Shown: positions 21,520 through 31,536, counted from the first letter of the stretch. The stretch: 64,000 nucleotides of DNA from Minisyncoccia bacterium (GCA_044341565.1 JBIIRM010000002.1:65812-129811); one strand, 5' to 3'. Program-made: numbers and translations. Notes: generated by a model from the sequence alone, not told the origin.

Positions 21520-21880
21520 GTTGTGTAGGGAAGATGCCAAGGTACCCTTTATTATATCCTCCCCCGTCACCTACGGTGCCCTCCCCCAAGGGAGGACAAT
21601 AAAACTGTCCCTCGCCGGCGAGGGTGTCGATGAAGTCGACGGGTGGTACCCTATACTGTGTATAGGGAAAGAGACGGGGTGGATTATTAAAAAGCCTATA
21701 TTCTAAAATATAAATTTATTTTAAACCTATCCACACTCCCCCTACGGGTACTCCCTCCTAAGGGAGACAAAAGCTCAAGCTCAAATATATCACAGGCGAC
21801 TGAAAGGTCGCCCCTACGAAAAAATGGAGGGATAAAGCCTCCGCTACGAAAGCATAACTTATCTACGATCTCCTCATCTC
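21520..21880. ncRNA. candidate structured ncRNA(s): GC-rich cluster of seven stable hairpins, class not assignable by eye
   Basis: Hairpins at 21580-21595, 21609-21624, 21626-21640, 21649-21667, 21751-21766, 21795-21812 and 21826-21842. Recurrent CTACG(G/A) linker motif. GC far above flanks. No convincing ORF. Confidence 0.3.
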
Positions 21881-21890
21881 ATACAATATC

Positions 21891-21919
21891 TTGCAAAAAG
21901 GTTGAGTTTATGATATAAT
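21891..21919 (+). promoter_or_regulatory. sigma70-like promoter for tRNA-Ile (TTGCAA-17-TATAAT)
   Basis: TTGCAA 21891-21896 and TATAAT 21914-21919, 11 nt upstream of the mature tRNA 5' end. Confidence 0.45.
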
Positions 21920-21930
21920 TATATTCAAAT

Positions 21931-22007
21931 GCGCGTGTAGCTCAGCTGGTTAGAGCGCTACACTGATAATGTAGAGGTCCCATGTTCAAGTCATGGCATG
22001 CGCACCA
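21931..22007 (+). tRNA. tRNA-Ile (anticodon GAT), CCA encoded
   Basis: Acceptor GCGCGTG/CATGCGC, anticodon stem-loop CTACA-CTGATAA-TGTAG, T-arm CCATGTTCAAGTCATGG, terminal ACCA. Confidence 0.9.
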
Positions 22008-22010
22008 AAT

Positions 22011-22035
22011 AAAGCCCCATATGGGGCTTTTATAT
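22011..22035. terminator. bidirectional rho-independent terminator (tRNA-Ile on plus, folD on minus)
   Basis: Palindrome aaagccccat/atggggcttt flanked by an A-run and a T-run. Confidence 0.6.
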
Positions 22036-22916
22036 TAGAGATTATTGTGTAAATGCTTCTCTTTCAAGTCTTTTAAAATAGCTAAATTATGTATTAATGC
22101 CCAGACAGTGAGTGGTCCTATCCCTCCTGGTACTGGGGTAATTGCCCCTTCAAATATAAAGTCTTTATGATATATATCTCCTCGTATATGATTATCTTCG
22201 TCTCTTGTTATACCAACATCAATTAATACTTGATTTTCTTTAAATACAATATTCTTGAGTATATCAGGGTTTCCCGTCGCTGAGACGATAATGTCAGATA
22301 ATGGTATTAATTCCTCGAGATTATGGGTTTCGCGATGAGCTAATATAGGAGTTGCTCCATAAGCTGGGAGTAAAGTTGCCAGAGGTTTCCCGACTAGTAC
22401 GCTATCATTCAAAATAAGTACGGTTTTCCCAATTAAAGGAATATCATAATGCTCAAATAAAAGAATAATTCCTCGAGGAGTAGCAGGGATAATAGGGGAT
22501 AGGGTCTCACTAATGCGGCTTTGGAATAATTTGCCTAGCCAATAATCAGTAAGTCCATCGGCATCTTTGCTCTTGTGTATACTATTTAATACAACTTGTT
22601 CTTCAATAAATGGGGGAAGAGGTAATTGTATAATAATTCCATCAATACTATTGTCTCGATTAAGGTTGTGTATTTCAGCTATTAATTCTTCTTGGGATAT
22701 ATTGGGTTCATATTTGAATAAATGTAATTTCCCCCCTACTTCTTCGAGAGCTTTAGATTTTTTGTCTACATAAATCTGGGAGGCAATATCATCCCCAACT
22801 AAAATTACTGCTAAATGTAATCCTTCTGGAATCTTGGGTATAATGCTATCAATAATTGGTTGAGCAGTCAGCAAAGGCATAAAAATTTTATTGTTTAAAT
22901 TGAGTGATAAATGCAA
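22035..22916 (-). CDS. folD: bifunctional methylenetetrahydrofolate dehydrogenase/methenyl-THF cyclohydrolase
   Basis: LAVILVGDDIASQIYVDKKSKA...GIIIQLPLP and C-terminal PVPGGIGPLTV motifs. Confidence 0.9.
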   Translation of the reverse strand: MHLSLNLNNKIFMPLLTAQPIIDSIIPKIPEGLHLAVILVGDDIASQIYVDKKSKALEEVGGKLHLFKYEPNISQEELIAEIHNLNRDNSIDGIIIQLPLPPFIEEQVVLNSIHKSKDADGLTDYWLGKLFQSRISETLSPIIPATPRGIILLFEHYDIPLIGKTVLILNDSVLVGKPLATLLPAYGATPILAHRETHNLEELIPLSDIIVSATGNPDILKNIVFKENQVLIDVGITRDEDNHIRGDIYHKDFIFEGAITPVPGGIGPLTVWALIHNLAILKDLKEKHLHNNL

Positions 22917-24096
22917 TAACTTGTTCTTTAATATGCGCTAAAGTCTCTGTATTGTCAATAGCTTCAACTACTTGATTGATAAAGTTAGCAATAGTTTCCA
23001 TATCTGATTCTTTTAATCCCAATGTAGTGATAGCGGGAGTTCCAAGACGAATTCCATTTGGCTTAAATGGTGAGGCTGTATCAAAAGGAATACTATTCTT
23101 ATTAGTTTCTATATGTACTGAATTGAGGGCTTTAGACAAAGTATCTCCATCAATATTTTTACTTCTAAGATCAACTAATAATAGGTGATTCTCAGTTCCT
23201 CCAGATACAAGCGTAAATCCTTTTGCTTTGAGGGCTTCTCCAAGAGCCTTAGCATTGACAATAACTTGTTTACAATACTCGGTATATTCTGGTCTCAAAG
23301 CTTCTTCTAGAGCAATGGCAATACCAGCGATATTATTATTATGAGGACCACCCTGTAATCCAGGGAATACCGCTTTATCTATTTTTGTCGCAAGTTCAGG
23401 ATTATTGGTGAGTATAAGGGCTCCTCTCGGACCTCGTAATACTTTATGAGTGGTGGTGGTAATAATATCTGCATCCGGAAATGGATGTGGATGTACTCCT
23501 GTTGCAACAAGCCCGGATATATGAGAAATATCAGCTAAATGATAGGCTCCAATTGATTTTGCAATATCTCCAATTCTTTTAAAATCAACTTGTCTTGTAT
23601 AGGCAGAATGTCCCGAAATAATAAGTTTAGGTTTATGTTCTCGAGCTAATGACTCTAATTCTTCATAATTAATATGTCCCTCAGAGGTGAGTCCATAGGA
23701 AATGGAATTCAACCATTTACCTGATATGCTGACTTTATGTCCATGAGTAAGATGTCCTCCTGATGGAAGTGAAAGCCCAAGAATGGTATCATGAGGCTCA
23801 AGTAAGGCAAAATATACTGCTAAATTTGCAGGACTACCAGAATAAGCTTGTACATTGGCAAATTGAGCTCCAAATAGTTTTTTAGCTGATTCAATGGCTA
23901 GTGTTTCAATCTCATCGATATATTCTTGTCCCTCATAATATCGGTGATATGGGTACCCCTCACTGTATTTATTGGTAAGACTAGACCCAAGTGCTGTGAG
24001 TATATCTTGCGAAGCATAATTCTCAGAAGCAATTAAGCGTATAGTTTGAGCTTGTCTTAGAGTTTCTTTTTTTATTAATTCTAATATAGTACTCAT
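22888..24096 (-). CDS. glyA: serine hydroxymethyltransferase
   Basis: PLP-lysine region TTTTHKVLRGPRGALI, SGSPANLAVY. 402 aa. Overlaps folD start by 29 nt (operon). Confidence 0.92.
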   Translation of the reverse strand: MSTILELIKKETLRQAQTIRLIASENYASQDILTALGSSLTNKYSEGYPYHRYYEGQEYIDEIETLAIESAKKLFGAQFANVQAYSGSPANLAVYFALLEPHDTILGLSLPSGGHLTHGHKVSISGKWLNSISYGLTSEGHINYEELESLAREHKPKLIISGHSAYTRQVDFKRIGDIAKSIGAYHLADISHISGLVATGVHPHPFPDADIITTTTHKVLRGPRGALILTNNPELATKIDKAVFPGLQGGPHNNNIAGIAIALEEALRPEYTEYCKQVIVNAKALGEALKAKGFTLVSGGTENHLLLVDLRSKNIDGDTLSKALNSVHIETNKNSIPFDTASPFKPNGIRLGTPAITTLGLKESDMETIANFINQVVEAIDNTETLAHIKEQVIAFITQFKQ

Positions 24097-24191
24097 TGTA
24101 TCAGTATTATGTATATACTAGTATTATAACAAAATCTCTCACAATATGCCAATAAATATGATATACTATCTATATATATTAAATCAAATAC

Positions 24192-24836
24192 ATGCAGCCA
24201 TTAAATGGAATGTGGTTATATATTAATCTCGGATTTGCCATAATGTGGGACTTTTTGGGGTTAATTTTATTTGTTATCGATCTTATTCCTGCTGTTCAAG
24301 TTGTTTCTCTAGTGGGATCTTTTGTAGTAGATGCGATAGCTATTATGACTGATATTGCCTTTTGTGCCATATATTATAGCTATCTTACTATCTATAATAC
24401 TAATCTAAAATTGTATCAAGTCAATACCATTAGACAATTAATGCGCTTATCTCGTAATTCCCGTAATACCAGTCCAGCACAAAATAAAATTCAACAAGCT
24501 TTGACTCGTAAAACTCAAGAGGCTAGTAAGTATATGTTAGATAAGACAGGGGAATATATTATGGAATTTGGCTGGAAAAAAACAGTGGGACTGGTAATTG
24601 CTGGAGTTATAGAGGCTATTCCATGGATTGGGGATTTGTCTCCAACTTGGACCATTAAAGCTTGGCTTCATATTAAAGCTCATCGAGCAAGAGCAAAACA
24701 AATCAAAGAAGATAATGAGAAATTTGAAGATTCAATTAATAAATGGAGGCAGTCTCTCAGTGTATCAGGAGCTATAAATAATATTCGTGGATTGAATCGT
24801 AGCCAACAGCCTCAACCAGTAGGAGTAAAAAGATAA
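24192..24836 (+). CDS. hypothetical membrane protein
   Basis: Several predicted TM helices in the N-terminal half and a basic C-terminal tail. No recognised domain. Confidence 0.45.
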   Translation: MQPLNGMWLYINLGFAIMWDFLGLILFVIDLIPAVQVVSLVGSFVVDAIAIMTDIAFCAIYYSYLTIYNTNLKLYQVNTIRQLMRLSRNSRNTSPAQNKIQQALTRKTQEASKYMLDKTGEYIMEFGWKKTVGLVIAGVIEAIPWIGDLSPTWTIKAWLHIKAHRARAKQIKEDNEKFEDSINKWRQSLSVSGAINNIRGLNRSQQPQPVGVKR

Positions 24837-24889
24837 TTCCCATTATTCATCCTAATATGATATACTAAATAAAGATTTAATTAATATCA

Positions 24890-26089
24890 ATGAAATATTC
24901 ACCATATATAATAGCAATACTCCTTATAAGTGTAATGGTACTAAGTTCATCATTAGTATTAGCACAAGATACTAATTCTCCTGATACTGATTCAAGTATT
25001 ATCCCTCAATCAACTATTTCTAATAATGATCCTAGAACTCAAGATGAGGCTAATACTCTTATTGATAATTATATTAAGCAAAGTTTTGCAGATAGTTATT
25101 ATACCGAGAAATCATCAACAGGGGAGATTAAACTTGTAGTAAAAAATAAATATCTTTTTACCAAACAACAAATTAATTTTGCAACTATTAATTATCATAT
25201 AGATAAAGGGTTTGTATTTGATGGAGCTCAATATAATTGGAGAATTAAGAGGGGAGAAAAGATTGTATTTGAAGTAAATGGTATTGATAAAACTGGATTC
25301 TTTTATACATTTTCTGACTCAGGTACTTATCAAATTGAAGTTGCAGTTAATGCTAATGGAGTTATTAAAACGGGAAGTATTAATTTAGATATTTTTGATA
25401 AAATCTCCCTCGATTATAGACCACTTAATCCTGCAAAAGGGGATACCATTTCTGTTGCGACAGAGTTACCCATATCACAATATGCAATTGAGTGGAAAAT
25501 TGATGGGGAGACAGTAGAGCAAAATAATAATAAAATTACCTTTACGGAGAATAAAGGATATGATAAAAGTTATCTCATACAAGCTATTGCAAGAGATAGA
25601 ATAACAGGATATACCAGGTATTATGGAATAAATACTATTGCGATTAAACAGCCTGCAATTCGGGTTTCACTCGTCAATAATAAGAATAATACCCCTATTG
25701 ATTATGCTGATGATTTAAAAATTGATGAGGCAATACAGCTATTGATATCAAGTGATGTGGATAATATTGGGCAAAATGCAAAATTATCTTATACCTATAG
25801 AGTTAATGATAAGGTACAAGATGGTAGTGGTAATTCACTTTCTCTCGATATTGATCCTAATCAAGCCTATAAAATAGATATAGTGGTAAAGGATATTAAT
25901 GGAGATGCCAATGCGACTAAATCTTTTACTATTAATAAAGATAGGATACCACTTGATGCAAATATACAAAGTGCATCTAAATTTGGATTTCTGCGTAATG
26001 ATAGATATATGGGATTGGCAGTATTAGGTTTGGCGGGATTAATTATTCTAGTAATGTCAAGACATAGTAGACTTATAAACAAAGATTAA
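24890..26089 (+). CDS. hypothetical secreted protein with C-terminal TM anchor (beta-rich, Ig-like repeats plausible)
   Basis: Signal peptide MKYSPYIIAILLISVMVLSSSLVLA, C-terminal GLAVLGLAGLIILVMSRHSRL anchor, no LPXTG. Confidence 0.5.
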   Translation: MKYSPYIIAILLISVMVLSSSLVLAQDTNSPDTDSSIIPQSTISNNDPRTQDEANTLIDNYIKQSFADSYYTEKSSTGEIKLVVKNKYLFTKQQINFATINYHIDKGFVFDGAQYNWRIKRGEKIVFEVNGIDKTGFFYTFSDSGTYQIEVAVNANGVIKTGSINLDIFDKISLDYRPLNPAKGDTISVATELPISQYAIEWKIDGETVEQNNNKITFTENKGYDKSYLIQAIARDRITGYTRYYGINTIAIKQPAIRVSLVNNKNNTPIDYADDLKIDEAIQLLISSDVDNIGQNAKLSYTYRVNDKVQDGSGNSLSLDIDPNQAYKIDIVVKDINGDANATKSFTINKDRIPLDANIQSASKFGFLRNDRYMGLAVLGLAGLIILVMSRHSRLINKD

Positions 26090-26100
26090 GAGGGGGATTA

Positions 26101-26352
26101 ATGGACAGCGATAAAAAGAAAAAACAATTAATAATATTATTTGTAATAGGAAGTATTATGATAATAGGTATATTTATTTGGTCTATGATTCTTAATTTCT
26201 CTGATTTGTCTTTTACAAAACCCGATATAAAAGTACCAGAAATACCAAGTGCGAATGAGACAAAAAATCAAGCTGAGGAAATAAAAAATAGTGTAGAAGA
26301 AAATAGTAAAGCTAATACTGAAACTATAAAAGATACCAATAATACAAAATAG
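26101..26352 (+). CDS. small membrane protein (83 aa)
   Basis: Single TM helix (LIILFVIGSIMIIGIFIWSMIL) followed by a charged tail. Tightly packed with neighbours. Confidence 0.4.
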   Translation: MDSDKKKKQLIILFVIGSIMIIGIFIWSMILNFSDLSFTKPDIKVPEIPSANETKNQAEEIKNSVEENSKANTETIKDTNNTK

Positions 26353-26796
26353 CTATTCTGCTGCAATATCTGGTATTACGGTTTTCTCACCATAACTATC
26401 TAGAGTCCAAGCAACTTCTTCTACACGAGATTGATTATAATCATGAGTCTCTCGCCTAAATGAAGCTTTACGCTTTTCAATAGATATTTTAATTACAGAT
26501 TGGGTGGGATCTATATCACGAGACCATAAGAATAGAGTTGGTTTTAAAATATAAATTACTACATTTACAAGAAATATATCAAAATTTTGGCCATTAATTT
26601 TGATAAAAGCAAAAGCAAAAGTTGCTACAGCAACAGGAAGTATACTAATAATAAAAACACCAATATTAGGTTTGAAATACCATAAAAACCCCCCGATTAC
26701 AACTCCAATTGCGAGGAAGGCAAATTGCCTTATAGTAAGAGGTCCAATAATTTTATCTTCAGAATCAATGAATTGAGGGATATTATATTGTTGCAT
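26353..26796 (-). CDS. PrgI-family-like small membrane protein (VirB3-like component of Gram-positive type IV secretion systems)
   Basis: N-terminal IPQFIDSEDKIIGPLTIRQFAFLAIGVVIGGFLWY followed by two further TM helices. Matches the PrgI-family layout. Confidence 0.45.
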   Translation of the reverse strand: MQQYNIPQFIDSEDKIIGPLTIRQFAFLAIGVVIGGFLWYFKPNIGVFIISILPVAVATFAFAFIKINGQNFDIFLVNVVIYILKPTLFLWSRDIDPTQSVIKISIEKRKASFRRETHDYNQSRVEEVAWTLDSYGEKTVIPDIAAE

Positions 26797-26798
26797 AA

Positions 26799-27674
26799 TT
26801 ATTCTGGTTTTTTGAGATTAACAAGATTTTGTGGAATTGGAGTTGGTTTTGCTGTTAATATTACCGGAGCAGAAGTACGACGAGGTATTGGAGCTCTTGG
26901 GGTTGTGTTGTTAGGAATATTATTGCGAGTAGAGGACATTGCTATGACAGGTTGCTGGGAGGGTGAATCGATAGGCTGGGTATTTACTACTGGTTGAGAG
27001 GGTATATTAGGGCTAATTGTAGGGTTATCTGTCTGAGTGGAGGGGGGAGTATATATATCCTGATACAAAACTGTCTCATTAGTTTGAAGATAATCATAAA
27101 ATTGTATTATTTTCCTTAGAGACTCTTTTTCCTCAGAGTTTAGGGTTTGTACAATAGGATCTCCACTAATAAAACGAGAACGCTCAAAGCTATTAGCTGA
27201 CCCAAGACCAGTTAGTCTATCATAATATTCAAGCCAATTACTAATACTTGGTTTAGCTTGAGGATGATCTTGAGATAGGCGTAATACTACAGTACCGATT
27301 AATTGATTATTTTGTTTGAGAAGAGGTAGTAAATCCTTACGCATTTCTTCTTTGATGAGTTCCACAGGATAAATCGAGTATCTACTCTCAATTCTAGCGG
27401 CAAAATCACGCTCAGAGGGCCATAGAGGATTCAAGGCCTCTATAATATTTAGCGAAATAATTTTATGGAATAATTCAGTCGATATATTCGGAATAGCAGT
27501 AACATAAAGCTGGAATATAATTTTGGATAATTCTCGATAAGCCTCAGCATTGGAATCCTTAATATTATTCTCTGTGAGAGATTTCTCTAATTTCTGAGCA
27601 AATTCAAGAGATCCCGGCACATTGTCGTTGCTAATAAGAGATTGAGCTTCACTTTTGATATCTGCGAGTGTCAT
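26799..27674 (-). CDS. hypothetical protein with Pro/Thr/Gln-rich C-terminal low-complexity region
   Basis: 291 aa, no TM. C-terminal PPSTQTDNPTISPNIPSQPVVNTQPIDSPSQQP. Sits in the PrgI/TrbL-like cluster. Confidence 0.45.
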   Translation of the reverse strand: MTLADIKSEAQSLISNDNVPGSLEFAQKLEKSLTENNIKDSNAEAYRELSKIIFQLYVTAIPNISTELFHKIISLNIIEALNPLWPSERDFAARIESRYSIYPVELIKEEMRKDLLPLLKQNNQLIGTVVLRLSQDHPQAKPSISNWLEYYDRLTGLGSANSFERSRFISGDPIVQTLNSEEKESLRKIIQFYDYLQTNETVLYQDIYTPPSTQTDNPTISPNIPSQPVVNTQPIDSPSQQPVIAMSSTRNNIPNNTTPRAPIPRRTSAPVILTAKPTPIPQNLVNLKKPE

Positions 27675-27680
27675 AGTGAA

Positions 27681-29828
27681 CTATGTGTTATTAACAGTAA
27701 CTCGAGATCCTCCTGATGATAAATCTAGACCCTGTAATGCAGCTGTAATTTTTGAATCAAGAGATTTATCTCTTGAGGGATTCTTTAATTCTGCCTCTAA
27801 TCCTTCCTTGATTGTTTTTCTATCTTTTCCAAATTGATTCCAAGTTTCTGATTTTCTTAGTATAGATAGTGATTCACCCTCAATACTTGCTAGAATTGGT
27901 TTAATATTGAACTTAAATGCTTGTTCTCCATTAGTAAATGCTGGGTTATTATTTGCGTCTGTATCTCTAACATTGAACACCGCACTGTTTTTTGCATAAG
28001 CTGCTCCAGCGCCTATTATTCCAGCTTTAGCAGCTTTTGTTGCAGGGGAGTAATTTGGATTTTTTACATCTCGTTCTGCTAGTCCTGCAGCAAAATTTCC
28101 CGCACCTTTATCATTTAATATATTTGCCTGACGACTTCTAAAGCTATTAGTTATTTTATCTCCAATAACCTTCCCATTAGCATCTTTAATAACCTTCCCA
28201 TTAGCATCTTTCCTTTCAAAATTATCATTAATGAATGCATCTAACTGTTCAGCTTCTGAACTATTTTCCTTACCATATTTACTAAAATCACTTGCTTCTT
28301 TGAATATTTGACTCCATCCTTTTAATTCGGATATTCTTGTTGATAATGCCATTGCAGTAAATTTATCCCCATCATCAAGAGCTTTCTTCATATCTTGACC
28401 TAGTTTTTCGATATTAAATTCATCTTTTACTCCTGTGGCAGTAGCAGCTTGTAAAGTTGCAGCCATTTTTTGATAGCGTTCATTTCCTTTTTCTTCTAAC
28501 TTACCTTCATTAAACAAACGAATTGCTTTTTGTTTTTCAAAATCTTCTAATTGCTCTTTTTTACCCTCAGCTGAAAATCCTTGAAATCTTCCTACGAACC
28601 CAACCCCTGTTTTTTGTTTTTCTTTCAAATCTTTCTTGGCACTTTCATAGGATTGATTGGCAGTTTTTAATGCCCCAATTCCAGTTACTCCACCCACAAC
28701 TCCAGCTGTATTAGTGAGCCCACCTGCAAGTTTATCTACATTTTTAACACCACCTTTAGCTAAATCACCAGTAGTTTTAAGAGCTTGAGATGTTTTATAT
28801 CCCCCAGCTCCAATATATCCTCCTATACCAAGGGTAGCTATAGTACCTGCAACACCAACGGCTTTGGATATAATAGGAGGGCCTTGTTGTCCAGCTTTCT
28901 GAGCTTGTATATTAGCTAAAATTACTAAACCAATTACTAGGACATAATTTAAGATATTTCCATTATTGAGTAAATTTCCACCACTAGCTTCATTAGGATT
29001 AACTCCTGCATTCATAACAGTGACTGCAAGATATAATAAGAACATTAAAACAGGACCGGTTATGAGTGCCTCTTGCAGTTTTGTTTTCCAGTCATTATAG
29101 AAGGAGGATAGTCCAGGTATCATAGAGGAGACAAAGGCTAAGGGAGATGTCATAATGACAAACCATAATGTTATTATTCTTACTACCAGTATCATAGCGG
29201 TCCACAGGAATACAAAAATAAGAATAACGATAAGAATAATAGTAAGGAGGTTAATAATAGCAGATCCGATTTTATCTGCTTCAGTTGCAGCTTGAGCAAT
29301 TTTTGATGCAGACCCAATAGAATCTGTTAAAGTTGGCCCAAACGTATTATACAGAGATATCATAATAATTTGACTAATATCTATGAGGAATCCAACAATA
29401 GCTTTACTAAAATTAATAAGTAAAGCCGCAAATATAAATTTTGGTAGCATTCTCTTGGCAGTAAAATTATCTAAACCACCTGTATTAAGTACGGTTGCTA
29501 TTGCAATAAAGAGTAATATAAGAGCAAAAAATAAATTAGCAAAATCTCTGGTGGCTCTCCAACCTGCATTGACACCATTCGTGAAGAAGTTCTGATAAGA
29601 CATTACAGCGTTGAGTAGGGGGGTCACAGTATCTTTAAGGATAGTGCTTAAGGCTGATTTGAAGAAGGCTAAAACTTCTCCCAAAGCAGCTGTTGCGGTA
29701 TCACCAATAAGCCCACCTACCCATCCAAAAGGATTCCAGGCTTGAGCATGAGTTATAGAAGGTAAAAAGAACATAGCTATAATACATATAGGAGCTATAT
29801 ATCGTATATGTTTTGTTTTGATTTTCAT
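27681..29828 (-). CDS. TrbL/VirB6-like polytopic membrane protein with long Gly/Lys-rich C-terminal extension
   Basis: Signal peptide, at least five TM helices in residues 90-330, then a Gly-rich flexible segment (GVAGTIATLGIGGYIGAGGYK...) and a charged C-terminal domain. 715 aa. Confidence 0.45.
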   Translation of the reverse strand: MKIKTKHIRYIAPICIIAMFFLPSITHAQAWNPFGWVGGLIGDTATAALGEVLAFFKSALSTILKDTVTPLLNAVMSYQNFFTNGVNAGWRATRDFANLFFALILLFIAIATVLNTGGLDNFTAKRMLPKFIFAALLINFSKAIVGFLIDISQIIMISLYNTFGPTLTDSIGSASKIAQAATEADKIGSAIINLLTIILIVILIFVFLWTAMILVVRIITLWFVIMTSPLAFVSSMIPGLSSFYNDWKTKLQEALITGPVLMFLLYLAVTVMNAGVNPNEASGGNLLNNGNILNYVLVIGLVILANIQAQKAGQQGPPIISKAVGVAGTIATLGIGGYIGAGGYKTSQALKTTGDLAKGGVKNVDKLAGGLTNTAGVVGGVTGIGALKTANQSYESAKKDLKEKQKTGVGFVGRFQGFSAEGKKEQLEDFEKQKAIRLFNEGKLEEKGNERYQKMAATLQAATATGVKDEFNIEKLGQDMKKALDDGDKFTAMALSTRISELKGWSQIFKEASDFSKYGKENSSEAEQLDAFINDNFERKDANGKVIKDANGKVIGDKITNSFRSRQANILNDKGAGNFAAGLAERDVKNPNYSPATKAAKAGIIGAGAAYAKNSAVFNVRDTDANNNPAFTNGEQAFKFNIKPILASIEGESLSILRKSETWNQFGKDRKTIKEGLEAELKNPSRDKSLDSKITAALQGLDLSSGGSRVTVNNT

Positions 29829-29829
29829 A

Positions 29830-31533
29830 TTATGGTATTAATCCATTAACGGCATTATTGATAGCTCCAGTTGCTGCATTATTAATAGCGCCACTCACAT
29901 TACCAATACCTGGGATATTAATATTCCCGAGAGCTCCATTGAGTAGCCCTGAAACTTGCTTATTAAGCTCACAAGATAATCCATTGGTTACATTTTGTAA
30001 TAATGAATTTTGTAGAGACTTGAAGAATTTATTAGGGTCAGGTATAGCACCTTGTAATCCAGAAGTTAATTGATTAGCAAAACCACTAGGATTCTGTAAT
30101 GAGTTAACAGGATTAGAGGTTACATTTTTTTGTACTGATGCTAGAGTATTATTAACTCCAAATAATCCTTGAGTCAGTACGGGTTTGAGTGACCCCTCGA
30201 GGATATTATTAGGTATTGCTTCAAAACAATTATCTCCAGATGCAGTAATAGCTTGATCCACAGTTGACTCTAATACTTTATTGGTAAGAGATTCTATGTT
30301 TGATCCTGGGGTCTGAATAGTTTTGGTGAATGGGTTCTTATCTCCATCTGCTGTCTTTGCAAAATATCCACTTCCATCACGAACTTCTTGATCAAGGAGT
30401 TCGGTGGCATTTTGTGATTTTTCTGCAGCTACTTGTGCTATATTAAAGGCAATATCATTTGCATTATTATTAGGCTGTAAGCCGAGGAGCGCACATTCAA
30501 AACTTACTTCTCCTGCATCTTCTGTTTTTACATTACCACAGTTTTGTGTGAAATTCTCATCAGGCAATTGACTTTTTTGATCTTGTAAATCTTTAAAATA
30601 CTGCTCTATATCTTTATTTTTATCTAATGAGAAATTCTGATAAGATCCATATTTATCTATAGCTTCTTTAGACACCACTCCAGTTGTAGGGTCTAGAGCT
30701 CCATATTGCCAACCCAAACTCTCGAGGGCAAAATAATTATCAGGTATTAAACTATCATTGCTAATTTGGTATCTCAAGGTATCGCTAACTGTAGCTATGG
30801 TCTTTGCTTTTTGCTGAGCGGCAAGAGGAGCATCGATTAGTTCTTTTTGTTGATATAGAGCTAAATCATCTACTACTACGACAGGAAGCGGGGTAGGAGA
30901 AGTTATATTAACAGGTAATGGTAGGGGATTAAAAATATCCACAGGTAGAGGAGCGGTTAATCTTCTAGTATCTATAACCCTATCTATATTATTATAATTT
31001 TTACAATCATCTCCACCCGCACCCACAAACCCTATCAAATTATTGAAATTTGTACTAGAATTCAACCCATTCAATAAAGTATCAGTTATAACACCGCTTG
31101 GATTAACAAATGTAAATACCGACGGAAGTCCGAATGCTCCACCTCCAGCTCCAATTAACTTCACTCCTCCCACAAGACCAGTCAGGCCATTACCCACTAA
31201 TCCATTCACAGTGTCACCTAATATACCTCCAAAAATACCTCCTCCTGGTCCCTCAGCACAGCCCTCACTACCTTTATATGGACTAGCTGGAGCGGATATA
31301 GCCTGTGGTTTTACACAAGTGTAGGTGGCATTTCCATCATTTTGTGATCCAATTGGTAAAACTCCACGATACTGTTTTTGACAAACTTCATTCTGTCCAC
31401 AAGTTAATGTACCACAAGCACCACCATATAAATTGTCAGCATAAGTTATATTTGGTAAAATGAATATAAATAAAAGGGCTGATAATATTTGTAGTAATTT
31501 GAGATTAATTTTATTTTGAATAATATAATTCAT
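29830..31533 (-). CDS. secreted Gly/Asn-rich protein, possible surface, adhesin or pilus-associated protein
   Basis: Signal peptide and a Cys-containing N-terminal module (GGACGTLTCGQNEVC). Gly-rich low complexity and degenerate C-terminal GxINNAxxG repeats. Confidence 0.45.
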   Translation of the reverse strand: MNYIIQNKINLKLLQILSALLFIFILPNITYADNLYGGACGTLTCGQNEVCQKQYRGVLPIGSQNDGNATYTCVKPQAISAPASPYKGSEGCAEGPGGGIFGGILGDTVNGLVGNGLTGLVGGVKLIGAGGGAFGLPSVFTFVNPSGVITDTLLNGLNSSTNFNNLIGFVGAGGDDCKNYNNIDRVIDTRRLTAPLPVDIFNPLPLPVNITSPTPLPVVVVDDLALYQQKELIDAPLAAQQKAKTIATVSDTLRYQISNDSLIPDNYFALESLGWQYGALDPTTGVVSKEAIDKYGSYQNFSLDKNKDIEQYFKDLQDQKSQLPDENFTQNCGNVKTEDAGEVSFECALLGLQPNNNANDIAFNIAQVAAEKSQNATELLDQEVRDGSGYFAKTADGDKNPFTKTIQTPGSNIESLTNKVLESTVDQAITASGDNCFEAIPNNILEGSLKPVLTQGLFGVNNTLASVQKNVTSNPVNSLQNPSGFANQLTSGLQGAIPDPNKFFKSLQNSLLQNVTNGLSCELNKQVSGLLNGALGNINIPGIGNVSGAINNAATGAINNAVNGLIP

Positions 31534-31536
31534 ATA

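Noticed and set aside
21521-21706. 61-aa ORF inside the GC-rich hairpin cluster
   Set aside because: The frame is created by GC-rich palindromes. No RBS or start context, and composition unlike local genes. The region is better explained as structured RNA or repeats.
21520-21880. Assignment of the GC-rich element as tmRNA or RNase P RNA
   Set aside because: A TCGACGGG 8-mer matches the tmRNA 5' region. However, there is no tRNA-like T-arm or CCA acceptor end, and no tag reading frame ending in an Ala-Ala stop. There are no P4 motifs of RNase P (GGAAAGUCC / ACAGAA..CGGCUUA). Class left open.
26725-26997. 90-aa plus ORF and 60-aa ORF at 27655-27837
   Set aside because: Antisense to the PrgI-like and Pro-rich genes. 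No support.
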